Below, one piece after another: positions 48,967-57,945 of a DNA stretch of 64,000 nucleotides (its first letter is position 1; every line of letters starts with the position of its first letter). Origin of the DNA: Escherichia coli (lineage in GTDB: Bacteria > Pseudomonadota > Gammaproteobacteria > Enterobacterales > Enterobacteriaceae); NCBI RefSeq assembly GCF_013315695.1, contig NZ_CP054353.1; one strand, 5' to 3'. The position numbers and the translations under genes are program-made. The notes under the pieces were generated by a model. It was not told the DNA's origin and ran no database searches. It was given only the letters and a program-made list of their open reading frames with translations.

Positions 48967-50188
48967 GGGAAATCGCCTCTGCATGGGCGAGCAGGTACTG
49001 CTCCGCCTCGCCAGACCAGACTCCCTGATGACGCGCCAGAATCGCCGCCAGTTCTTCATCCTGAATCTGCGTGAGTGATGTCAGCGGCAGATATTTCCCG
49101 GTATACACCAGTTTTTTCCCGCCGCCGACGGCAGGCAATTCAAGCGTGGTTTCGCCCGCGGCATTCAGCCCAAGAATATGTGTTACCACTTTTGCGGCCT
49201 GCACTTTTTTCTCTTCAATCAATTTGACCGCTGCGCGCATGTCGTCGGTATTGCCGCCTGACGTGCCTACGTAGTGGGTAAATGCATAATGCACATCGTA
49301 GAAATTAATTGGCGCGCTGAAGTGCTTATCCTGCGGTCCGGCGAAGAAATTCAGGCAACCATCTGTCGCCAGCAAGGAAGAGGCGAGAGTCACCAGTCCT
49401 TCATTAGGCACAAAGACGAAAATATCATCGAAGCCGTGACCGCCACTCAGCGCCATTAACGTATCAAATGCTGCATCGGTGGCATTGAGATAATGAATCA
49501 GTGTTTGCGGTTCTGATGGATAGTGCTTGCGCGCATAACTCAATTTGTCGTTGTCGGTATCGGTAATGACGAGCAGCGAAGGGTTAACGGGTCCATGTAG
49601 CGCATAATCAATCGCCAACAGTCCCATTGGTCCGGTGCCGCCGAGGATCAGCGTGCGCCCTTGCGGGCGAATCCCCATCGTGTGGTTATAACTACCTTCC
49701 TGAAGATGATAGTTGGCGTTGAACGCGCCAATCACGCAGGAAAGCGGTTCAACCAGCGAGCCTTCAAAATAGGTTTCGCCGTCGTATGCCAGCAGGCAAT
49801 CTTGTTCCATGACCTCGTTGGGAATAACCACATGCGTCGCTTCGCCGCCTACCCACGGGAAGGAGTAGCCGGGGCAGTCCGGGCGGTCGGGGAGTTGCAG
49901 GTTGGCCTGAATCACATAACGCTGACCCGGCTGGAATTTGTGCTGCCACTTTTTACCCACGGCCAGAATATCGCCGCAAAATTCGTGGCCGATGATGATG
50001 GGATTGGTCGCCACATCGTCGGGTACTTTTTTATGGTTTTCCCCCAGATTGGCCTCTTTCCAGGAAGAGAGGCACAGGCTGTCAGTGACCACCGTCGCGA
50101 GGATTTCATCCTCCTGCATTTCAGGAAGGTCAAAGGTTTCCAGACGCAGGTCACGTTTGCCATAAAGACGCAGAGCTGTTGTTTTCAT
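48959..50188 (-). CDS. sorE: Sorbose-1-phosphate reductase (Zn-dependent MDR dehydrogenase)
   Basis: About 409 aa (MKTTALRLYGKRDLRLETFDL...), zinc-ADH fold motifs GHEFCGDI and LILGGTGPMG; last gene of the sor-type PTS cluster; start ambiguous (track ORF 48959..50200). Confidence 0.75.
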   Translation of the reverse strand: MKTTALRLYGKRDLRLETFDLPEMQEDEILATVVTDSLCLSSWKEANLGENHKKVPDDVATNPIIIGHEFCGDILAVGKKWQHKFQPGQRYVIQANLQLPDRPDCPGYSFPWVGGEATHVVIPNEVMEQDCLLAYDGETYFEGSLVEPLSCVIGAFNANYHLQEGSYNHTMGIRPQGRTLILGGTGPMGLLAIDYALHGPVNPSLLVITDTDNDKLSYARKHYPSEPQTLIHYLNATDAAFDTLMALSGGHGFDDIFVFVPNEGLVTLASSLLATDGCLNFFAGPQDKHFSAPINFYDVHYAFTHYVGTSGGNTDDMRAAVKLIEEKKVQAAKVVTHILGLNAAGETTLELPAVGGGKKLVYTGKYLPLTSLTQIQDEELAAILARHQGVWSGEAEQYLLAHAEAISHD

Positions 50189-50239
50189 AAACCACCTCAT
50201 GTTGAGCGATGACCCCGGCAGTCGTGCCGGGGCGAAGAA

Positions 50240-51064
50240 TCAGGACAGGAAGCCCAGCGCATTACCGATAATCCCTAAACCAAACAGGGCGAAAATCAGC
50301 CATACCGGGTTAATTTTTTTGTTGAGCAGACGTACCATCAGCAGCGTCAAACCGAGCGCCAGCAATCCAGGGCAAAGCTGGTCGAGAATGTTCTGTACGG
50401 TCATAGTGACGGTGGCACCATCGGCGGCAGGCGTTTGTGAAACCACTAACGGCACGTTGATCGATGTCCATTTGGTCACCAGTACGCCCATTACAAACAG
50501 CCCGAGAATCGACGCGCCTTCGGTCAGTTTTTGCAGCAAATTACCGCCCATATCGCTGACGATATTCACCCCTTTACGAAAGCCCAGTTGCAGCCCATAC
50601 CATTTCATTGCCAGACGTACTGCATTGAAAATAAAGAAGAACAGCAGGGGGCCGAGAATGTTGCCCGAAAGTGCCAGAGATGCGCCGAGCGCGGCGGTAA
50701 TCGGGCGCAGCGTTCCCCAGACCAGTGGATCGCCAACACCTGCCAACGGTCCCATCAGGCCGACTTTGATGCCGTTAATGGTACCGTCATCAATTTCCGC
50801 GCCGTTGGCTCGCGCCTCTTCCATGGCGGCAGTGACGCCGATGACCGGGCCACATACGGCTGGCGTGGTATTGAAGAACACCAGGTGTCGCCTGAGCGCC
50901 GCAACTTGATCCTCTTTTAATGGGTAAAGTCGTTTGATGGCGGGGATCATGTCGTAGCAAAAACCCAGCCCGTGAATACGTTCAAAGTTAAAGGATGCCT
51001 GTTGCAGGTTGGAGCGCAGAAACATGCTCACCAGATCGCTGCGTGTAATTTTTCTCTGTTCCAT
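50240..51064 (-). CDS. sorM: PTS sorbose (mannose-family) EIID component
   Basis: About 274 aa (MEQRKITRSDLVSMFLRSNLQQASFNFERIHGLGFCY), characteristic EIID-Man N-terminus; alternative start 51094. Confidence 0.8.
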   Translation of the reverse strand: MEQRKITRSDLVSMFLRSNLQQASFNFERIHGLGFCYDMIPAIKRLYPLKEDQVAALRRHLVFFNTTPAVCGPVIGVTAAMEEARANGAEIDDGTINGIKVGLMGPLAGVGDPLVWGTLRPITAALGASLALSGNILGPLLFFFIFNAVRLAMKWYGLQLGFRKGVNIVSDMGGNLLQKLTEGASILGLFVMGVLVTKWTSINVPLVVSQTPAADGATVTMTVQNILDQLCPGLLALGLTLLMVRLLNKKINPVWLIFALFGLGIIGNALGFLS

Positions 51065-51074
51065 GATGGCTCCG

Positions 51075-51872
51075 TTAATCATCAAGTTGGTCAAGGGCGG
51101 TGATAGTGGTGGTCTGGGGATGTGGTTCAGCTTTACGCCACTGTGGATTTAACTGGATGTAGAGCAGGGCCATGATCACGCCGACGCCACCGAACGCCAG
51201 CAGACTGAGATCGAGGTAGCCACCTGCGAGGAAACCGAGGAAAAAGAAAGGCATCAAATATTTCACGCCCATCATGCGAAGCACCATGGCGTAACCGACC
51301 ACCACGATAAAACCGCCAGCAATCTGCAGCCCACGGGTCACAAATTCGGGAATGGCGCTCAGCATATTGCTCACCATATCAGCGCTGACGAACAGCGAGA
51401 CAATCAGTGCCGGAATAGCAACGCGCAGTGCCTGCACGCCAAGCGCGGAGACATGCAGAATATCGAGAGTGCGAAACCGTGCTTCTTCCGCTGCTTTATC
51501 CGCCGCGTGCTGGAACACTACGGTGATGGTACGGGCAAACACCGTCAGCACCTGGCCTGCCGCAGCCACAGGCAACGCGATGGCGATTCCGGTGGCGATG
51601 CTTTGCTGACCAACGATAACCAGAATGGCGGAGATTATGCTGGCGAGTGCAGAATCCGGAGATTGCGCCGCGCCGACGTTCATCCAGCCGAGAGCTATCA
51701 ATTCCAGCGTACCACCGAGCATAATTCCGGTTTTTAAATCACCGAGAATTAAACCAATCACCGTACAGGCAATTAACGGACGATGAGTCTGAAATTCATC
51801 CAGCACGCTGCCCATTCCGGCAATACAGGAAAAAAGAAATATAGCAATAATTTGTAGGGTACTTATTTCCAT
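51075..51872 (-). CDS. sorA: PTS sorbose EIIC component
   Basis: 265 aa polytopic membrane protein MEISTLQIIAIFLFSCIAGMGSVLDEFQTHRPLIACTVIGLILGDLKTGIMLGGTLELIALGW (EIIC-Man family). Confidence 0.8.
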   Translation of the reverse strand: MEISTLQIIAIFLFSCIAGMGSVLDEFQTHRPLIACTVIGLILGDLKTGIMLGGTLELIALGWMNVGAAQSPDSALASIISAILVIVGQQSIATGIAIALPVAAAGQVLTVFARTITVVFQHAADKAAEEARFRTLDILHVSALGVQALRVAIPALIVSLFVSADMVSNMLSAIPEFVTRGLQIAGGFIVVVGYAMVLRMMGVKYLMPFFFLGFLAGGYLDLSLLAFGGVGVIMALLYIQLNPQWRKAEPHPQTTTITALDQLDD

Positions 51873-51937
51873 GATTTGTCACCTTTTAAGTGTCGTCATC
51901 CCTGCCTGTTAAAGCATATGTACACAGGCGCTATTAT

Positions 51938-52432
51938 TTAATTTGCGATTAACTGTTCGTTTATTTTGTCGATAATATTGATTGAGGGATCTGACGCTAC
52001 GACGCGTAAATCCAGTATGACGCCAAGATTATTTAACTCATGAAATGCGTTAATATCATCGTCATCTAATGAAACTGCTTTGGTTAACTGTTTCTTACCA
52101 GGACGCCAGGCCATACCGCCAATATTCAGGGTACCTATTTTTACCCCCTGGCGAACCATTGCTAAGGCATCTTGTGGGCGAGTGAAAAGATAAAAAACGG
52201 TTTCGTCCTGATATTGCGGGTTGTGATAAACCGCGACGGCTTTTTCAATATTGACCACGTTAACCTTCATTCCCGGTGGCGCAGCCTGACGCAATAATGT
52301 CCGGCGAACTTCATCGTTATAAACTTCGTCATTGCAGATAATAATGCGTTGGGCGTTAGCCACTTTAGACCAGACGGTAGTGACCTGGCCGTGGATCAGG
52401 CGGTCATCAATGCGGGCGAGCGTAATGTTCAT
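51938..52432 (-). CDS. sorB: PTS sorbose EIIB component
   Basis: 164 aa MNITLARIDDRLIHGQVTTVWSK, EIIB-Man phosphohistidine motif. Confidence 0.82.
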   Translation of the reverse strand: MNITLARIDDRLIHGQVTTVWSKVANAQRIIICNDEVYNDEVRRTLLRQAAPPGMKVNVVNIEKAVAVYHNPQYQDETVFYLFTRPQDALAMVRQGVKIGTLNIGGMAWRPGKKQLTKAVSLDDDDINAFHELNNLGVILDLRVVASDPSINIIDKINEQLIAN

Positions 52433-52839
52433 CAGAAATCCTCCTCCGCTGTTGCCACCTGTCTCCAGACGACGCAGATTTGCTTTGCGATTTGCGTCAG
52501 GTGTTCACACAGTTCATCAATATTCATGCTGTCCTGGTTATCAACCAGTTCGAGCGCCAGCGGCAGAGAAAGGCCGCTGATTACCCGCAGACGAGGATTG
52601 CGCATCGCAAGCATCGCTGCCGCATTCCACGGGCTGCCGCACTGTAAATCCACGGCAATCAGCCACTCATCTTGATTGTGAATGCTTGCTAACTTTTCCA
52701 GCTTTGCTACGATGTCTCCGGCGTTCTCGCCGGGCACAAATTCAACGGCCTCGACCCTGGCATCGCCGTACACCATCTGAACCGATTCCAGCATGGCGCA
52801 AGCTAATTTGCCATGGGCGCAAAAAATGGCATTGACCAT
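52432..52839 (-). CDS. sorF: PTS sorbose EIIA component
   Basis: 135 aa MVNAIFCAHGKLACAMLESVQMVYGD, EIIA-Man with conserved His near N-terminus. Confidence 0.82.
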   Translation of the reverse strand: MVNAIFCAHGKLACAMLESVQMVYGDARVEAVEFVPGENAGDIVAKLEKLASIHNQDEWLIAVDLQCGSPWNAAAMLAMRNPRLRVISGLSLPLALELVDNQDSMNIDELCEHLTQIAKQICVVWRQVATAEEDF

Positions 52840-52848
52840 AAAGCCTCC

Positions 52849-53655
52849 TTAGCCGCGCGTTTTGCCGCCCGCAATGTTAGTGGTTACTCCGGTGATATAG
52901 CTGGCGCGTTCAGACAGCAGATAACAAACAAAATCAGCCACTTCTGCTAATCTTCCGGCGCGCCCAATAGGAATGGCGTTTTTGGTATAGCCTTCACGCA
53001 GCTGCTCGACGGTGATATTGCGCGTCCACGCCAGCGCTTCTTCATATTCCGGCGTGCGCAGTCCTGTTTTTTCCAGAATCCCCGGCGCGATACCGACCAC
53101 ACGGATACCGTGCTTACCCAGTTCTTTCGACCAGGAGCGAGTGAAGCTATTGAGCGCAGCTTTAGTGGCGGCGTAGCAGCTCTGGCCTTCTGAGCCTTCC
53201 AGCCCACTTTCTGAGGAAACATTCACAATCACGCCATCGTGTTGTTTGACCATCTGTCGCGCCACCGCCTGCGACATCAGAAAAACGCCTTTCTGGTTGA
53301 TATTGACCATTTTTTCGAATGCAGCTTCGTTGAGTTCATACTGCCCGGCAGGCGCTTTCTCATCGACCAGCAGACGCGGGAAATTGACCCCGGCGTTATT
53401 GACCAGACCGTCGATGCGACCAAAACGCTGGATAATTTCTGCTACCGTATGATTTACCTCTTTGGCGCTGGAAATATCGGTCGGCCAAAACTGATAGCCT
53501 TTATGACCTTCATATTGTCCATCGCCACCGTGAATATCGACCATCTGTACATTCGCGCCTTGTGCTAATAATTCATCCACAATCGCCAGACCAATGCCGG
53601 ATGCGCCACCGGTGACAATAATGATTTTATCCTGCAAATTTAACCACGTTTGCAT
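52849..53655 (-). CDS. sorD: Short-chain dehydrogenase (D-glucitol-6-phosphate dehydrogenase type)
   Basis: 268 aa MQTWLNLQDKIIIVTGGASGIGLAIV... (TGxxxGIG), SDR catalytic YAATK. Confidence 0.8.
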   Translation of the reverse strand: MQTWLNLQDKIIIVTGGASGIGLAIVDELLAQGANVQMVDIHGGDGQYEGHKGYQFWPTDISSAKEVNHTVAEIIQRFGRIDGLVNNAGVNFPRLLVDEKAPAGQYELNEAAFEKMVNINQKGVFLMSQAVARQMVKQHDGVIVNVSSESGLEGSEGQSCYAATKAALNSFTRSWSKELGKHGIRVVGIAPGILEKTGLRTPEYEEALAWTRNITVEQLREGYTKNAIPIGRAGRLAEVADFVCYLLSERASYITGVTTNIAGGKTRG

Positions 53656-53724
53656 AACAGACTCCTGATTTTAGATAATAGGGACCCGCCGTAATTTTTA
53701 TTACGGTAAACATCGGGAAGATTT

Positions 53725-54672
53725 TTATTTCAGTAATAGTTCAGCTGTGCTGCTATTCGTTACCAGACAATTAATATATTTTCCACGCAGTGCACCAACA
53801 ATTCCGCTGTATTTTTCTTCACTCATGGCAATGCCAATGGAATATCGTGCCTGCTTTAATTTATTCATTTCGATAGAGAGTGTTTTTTCGCTCATATTCG
53901 TTTCAACCATTGCGCCGTGAATATCAAAAAAGCGCGAGCAAATATCGCCAGCAACCTGGCGGGCATTCAGGTCGTCACTCTCTTCACCACCATAAAACGC
54001 ATGCCAGTTAGCGCCGTCGCGAATGGCCGGTGAGCCAATTCCCACCAGGGCGACATCCAGATTATCCCAGTAGGCAGAGATGGTTTTAAAGTGCTGAGAC
54101 TGCATGATCCCATTACGAATTAATGGGTTATCCAGCAGAGCCGGAAAATCCGCGAGATGCGATTCCCCTTTCAACTTCGCTGCCGCGCTGTAGGTTAATG
54201 TGTTTACATGATAGCGGCTTTCGAGTTTACCGGACGGTCCGCCAATAATTGGTACGCAGATTAACTGCCGCGATTGCCCCGCCTGCGGCAAGTTTTCAAC
54301 CAGTGCGCTCACCGCGCGGCCCCAGGAAAAACCAACAATATCGCCAGGTTCCAGCAAGCGATCCAGCAGTTGCGCGCCGTGTAACCCCATCATCGCCAGT
54401 TGAGTCTCTTCATCCTCATCATTTCCCGACACCACCACAACGTCTTTCAGGCCAAACTTTTGCTTCAGTTGCTGCTCCAGCCAGAGATTTTCGTTGTAGT
54501 CATAGTTGATGGCGATGGTGACAATTCCCTGATCGCGGCCTCGTTTAAGCAAGCGGCTGATGGTGGTGCGGTAAATACCCAGTTCGCGCGCGATTTGCGC
54601 CTGCGTCATATCCTGTTCGTAATAGAGTTGGGCAATCTTCACAATCAAACGGATATCGTCACTGTTTTCCAT
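53725..54672 (-). CDS. sorC: SorC-family transcriptional regulator of the sorbose operon
   Basis: 315 aa from ATG(rc) 54670-54672 (MENSDDIRLIVKIAQLYYEQDMTQAQIARELGIYRTTISRLLKRGRDQGIV), N-terminal HTH plus sugar-phosphate binding domain; first gene of the cluster. Confidence 0.8.
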   Translation of the reverse strand: MENSDDIRLIVKIAQLYYEQDMTQAQIARELGIYRTTISRLLKRGRDQGIVTIAINYDYNENLWLEQQLKQKFGLKDVVVVSGNDEDEETQLAMMGLHGAQLLDRLLEPGDIVGFSWGRAVSALVENLPQAGQSRQLICVPIIGGPSGKLESRYHVNTLTYSAAAKLKGESHLADFPALLDNPLIRNGIMQSQHFKTISAYWDNLDVALVGIGSPAIRDGANWHAFYGGEESDDLNARQVAGDICSRFFDIHGAMVETNMSEKTLSIEMNKLKQARYSIGIAMSEEKYSGIVGALRGKYINCLVTNSSTAELLLK

Positions 54673-55019
54673 TGCCGCCTCCTGGTTCTGCACATTTGTG
54701 CAAATACGCTTTCTCACCGCTTGATCTGATATAACCCCATCATGATGGCCTTTCAAAGCGATTTTTCACTCTTTGCATGGGGGGAAATAGCGCTTTCTCT
54801 TGCACATTTGTTTCTCTGCGTAGTAGTCATCAGCACAGGTGTGCAGCGATTCGTAATATGTTGATTATCCTTATTTTGCCAGGCAAATTTGCATCGTACT
54901 TCCGGAGACACTTTTGTGATAAAAGGCGTGGCAGATCACATTTAATTTCGACGTTGCCGCATAACCCTGTTTTTCCCCGCTAAGAGGTACGGTATATTCC
55001 GCGTTTTACAGGAGAATTT

Positions 55020-55892
55020 ATGCTGCCCGACTCATCAGTCCGTTTAAATAAATACATCAGCGAAAGCGGAATTTGCTCACGCCGCGAAGCGGATCGCTAT
55101 ATCGAGCAAGGCAATGTGTTCCTTAATGGCAAGCGAGCCACCATTGGCGATCAGGTGAAACCCGGCGACGTTGTGAAAGTAAACGGTCAGTTGATTGAGC
55201 CTCGGGAAGCCGAAGATTTGGTACTTATCGCCCTGAACAAGCCCGTCGGTATTGTCAGCACCACCGAAGATGGCGAGCGCGATAACATTGTCGATTTCGT
55301 TAACCACAGCAAACGCGTGTTCCCGATTGGCCGCCTGGATAAAGACTCCCAGGGGCTGATTTTCCTCACCAATCACGGCGATCTGGTGAATAAGATCCTC
55401 CGTGCGGGTAACGATCATGAGAAAGAGTATTTGGTGACGGTTGATAAACCGATTACCGATGAATTTATTCGTGGTATGGGGGCGGGAGTGCCGATCCTCG
55501 GGACGGTGACGAAAAAGTGCAAAGTCAAAAAAGAAGCGCCGTTTGTCTTCCGCATTACCCTGGTGCAGGGGCTGAACCGTCAGATCCGTCGCATGTGCGA
55601 GCACTTTGGTTACGAAGTGAAAAAGCTGGAACGTACGCGCATTATGAACGTCAGTTTAAGCGGCATTCCGCTGGGTGAGTGGCGCGATTTAACCGACGAT
55701 GAGTTAATCGACCTCTTTAAGCTCATCGAAAATTCCTCTTCCGAGGCAAAACCTAAAGCGAAGGCCAAACCGAAAACGGTAGGCATCAAACGTCCAGTCG
55801 TCAAGATGGAAAAAACGGCGGAAAAAGGCGGTCGCCCGGCGTCCAACGGTAAGCGTTTTACCTCGCCGGGGCGAAAAAAGAAGGGACGTTAA
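55020..55892 (+). CDS. rluF: 23S rRNA pseudouridine synthase RluF
   Basis: 290 aa; S4 domain N-terminus and pseudouridine synthase motif [21 protein letters not shown]; Lys-rich tail. Confidence 0.94.
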   Translation: MLPDSSVRLNKYISESGICSRREADRYIEQGNVFLNGKRATIGDQVKPGDVVKVNGQLIEPREAEDLVLIALNKPVGIVSTTEDGERDNIVDFVNHSKRVFPIGRLDKDSQGLIFLTNHGDLVNKILRAGNDHEKEYLVTVDKPITDEFIRGMGAGVPILGTVTKKCKVKKEAPFVFRITLVQGLNRQIRRMCEHFGYEVKKLERTRIMNVSLSGIPLGEWRDLTDDELIDLFKLIENSSSEAKPKAKAKPKTVGIKRPVVKMEKTAEKGGRPASNGKRFTSPGRKKKGR

Positions 55893-56165
55893 TCAGCGCC
55901 TGCCGCGCGTCGACGTATTTGCTGACCAGCTAAATGACGCCTCAGGATCCGGTTTATAAGCCTGCTTTTTCTTCAATTGGCGGGCTTTTTTCGCTTCAGC
56001 CTCACGCTCGACCATTAATTTATCGATGTACTCTTTCTTAATGCTGTTGGTTTCGGAGTTGGTCAGTACGCGACCATGCGCAATCCGCGCCCGATCCAGC
56101 AATGTTTTAAGTTCACGCTGCTCGCGTTCAGTCATCTCTTTTTGGGTAATACGGGGGAGTGCCAT
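55893..56165 (-). CDS. yjbD: DUF3811 family protein YjbD
   Basis: 90 aa MALPRITQKEMTEREQRELKTLLDRARIAHGRVLTNSETNSIKKEYIDKLMVEREAEAKKARQLKKK. Confidence 0.85.
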   Translation of the reverse strand: MALPRITQKEMTEREQRELKTLLDRARIAHGRVLTNSETNSIKKEYIDKLMVEREAEAKKARQLKKKQAYKPDPEASFSWSANTSTRGRR

Positions 56166-56378
56166 GATGGTGCCCTCAGTGAGCCAGAGAGTTCAGTGTA
56201 CGGGAATTCGTTTGCGAGCAGAACTGATAATATTCCTTTGTTCCCTTCTTAAATATCTATCTTTCTTGATAATTGACGATAAATACAGATAAAAATTTAG
56301 CAAAAAGTTTTCCCCCTACAAACAACAGTAATTCATTAACTCTTTATTTTTCATTTGGTTAATGGTTTTTCTCAATTC

Positions 56379-56394
56379 TGGCACGCTTCTCGCA
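56379..56394 (+). promoter_or_regulatory. Putative sigma54 (-24/-12) promoter upstream of the SPFH gene
   Basis: TGGCACGCTTCTCGCA: matches TGGCACG-N4-TTGCW with one mismatch (C for T at -14); GG and GC separated by 10 nt; about 300 nt upstream of the SPFH start. Confidence 0.45.
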
Positions 56395-56693
56395 ATAACA
56401 CTTTTGCGTTGATACTGAATTTCAAAGGGGATTAAACCCCGTCGGCACACCAGGAACGGCCAGGCTGTTTTCCGGGCGTGTTCCGTCAGCCTTTGACGCT
56501 AATTACGGGTTCGATTCCCGAATTCATTCCTGAAATGAATACTGGTTGTAACTTATTAAATAAAAAATGGGGGATTGCGCAGTCAGCGATCCCCGATAAC
56601 GTCGCCGATAAAGACGCCGGGATACAGGCAAAAGGGAATTCCCCTGTCTCTTCGTGTCTGCTTCCGCGACGGCTGTTAAGCAAGGAATAGATA

Positions 56694-57821
56694 ATGATTA
56701 AGAAAATAAGCGTAAGAAAAGATCAGCTGGCATTACTCTCCAGAAATGGCGATTACTACAAAGTGCTGCATGCAGGCGAGCATCTTTTACCCTGGTTAAA
56801 TACGCCAGAAGTCTTGCTGATTACGCTCGATGGCAGCGAAGTTCCCGACGTGCTGGCGGATTATTTGCGCCGCTTTCAGCCTGATTGGGTGGAAAGATAT
56901 TGCGTGGTGGCCGACTTGTCGGAGACTGAAGCCGGGGCGTTGTATATGGACGGTATTTTGCTGGAGATCCTGCCGCCATCAACGCGTCGTTTGTACTGGC
57001 GTGTAGAGGATGATTTGACGCTGGTGCGGATGAATACGCAGCAAGTCCAGGTTCAAACGGAGGTGATGAATGCGGTATTGCAGCCACGGCGCAAAGGGAC
57101 TGTTAAAGGCCGCGATGCGATACTGACGGTGCAGGTTCCGGCCTGGCACGTAGGTGTACTGAAAATCGATGGTGAAACGCAGGCGCTGTTACCGCCGGGG
57201 CTGACTGCGTACTGGAAAATTAACCATCTGGTTGAAGCTGAAGTGGTTGACACCCGCTTGCAGGTACTGGAAGTCAGTGGGCAAGAAATCTTAACGAAAG
57301 ATAAGGTCAATCTGCGGATTAATCTCGCCGCTAACTAGCGCTACAGCGACGTGTTATTGGCATTTAGTCAGTTAACGAAGCCGATTGATCATTTGTATCG
57401 GGAATTGCAATTTGCACTGCGTGAAGCGGTAGGTACGCGTACGCTGGATGAGTTGCTGGAAGATAAACAAGTCATTGATGACGTTGTCAGCGAACAGGTG
57501 AAATCGCGTATGTTGCCATTTGGTATGGAGATTGCTTCATTAGGGGTGAAAGATATCGTCCTGCCTGGCGATATGAAAAATATCCTTGCGCAGCTGGTTG
57601 AGGCGGAGAAATCCGCGCAGGCCAATGTGATTCGTCGACGTGAAGAAACGGCAGCGACGCGTTCGTTACTCAATACCGCTAAAGTCATGGAAAACAACCC
57701 GGTGGCGTTACGCTTAAAAGAACTGGAAACGCTGGAGAGAGTGGCTGAGCGGATCGATAACATCTCTGTATTTGGTGGTCTGGATCAGGTTCTGCACGGG
57801 TTAGTGAATATCAAAGGATGA
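56694..57821 (+). pseudogene. SPFH/band-7 domain protein, interrupted by in-frame TAG at 57339-57341
   Basis: Track ORFs 56694..57338 and 57351..57821 are in the same frame, separated only by the TAG; the joined product (...TKDKVNLRINLAAN*RYSDVLLAFSQ...LLEDKQVIDDVVSEQVKSRMLPFGMEIASLGVKDIVLPGDMKNILAQLVEAEKSAQANVIRRREE) has a stomatin/prohibitin-type SPFH domain spanning the stop. Confidence 0.7.
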
Positions 57822-57933
57822 GTCAAATGCCATTAAATGGAGTCAGTGCTGCGATGCGCGAACGGGTATCGCAGCAGTTAAAAGAAATAGAACGTCGCTA
57901 TGGCGTGAAAGTGCTGTACGCCTGCGAATCAGG

Positions 57934-57945
57934 CAGCCGCGGCTG
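57934..57945. repeat. IS4 target-site duplication, left copy
   Basis: CAGCCGCGGCTG immediately 5' of the IS4 terminus TAATGCC. Confidence 0.85.

Noticed and set aside
56506-56540. Possible tRNA gene suggested by the GGTTCGATTCC T-loop-like motif
   Set aside because: No acceptor stem, D-arm or anticodon arm can be built around it and there is no 3' CCA; treated as a T-arm-like hairpin only.
56478-56690. 70-codon GTG-initiated ORF ending 3 nt before the SPFH start codon
   Set aside because: No Shine-Dalgarno sequence and a non-ATG start; the region is better explained as a structured RNA leader. It cannot be excluded as a leader peptide without ribosome profiling.
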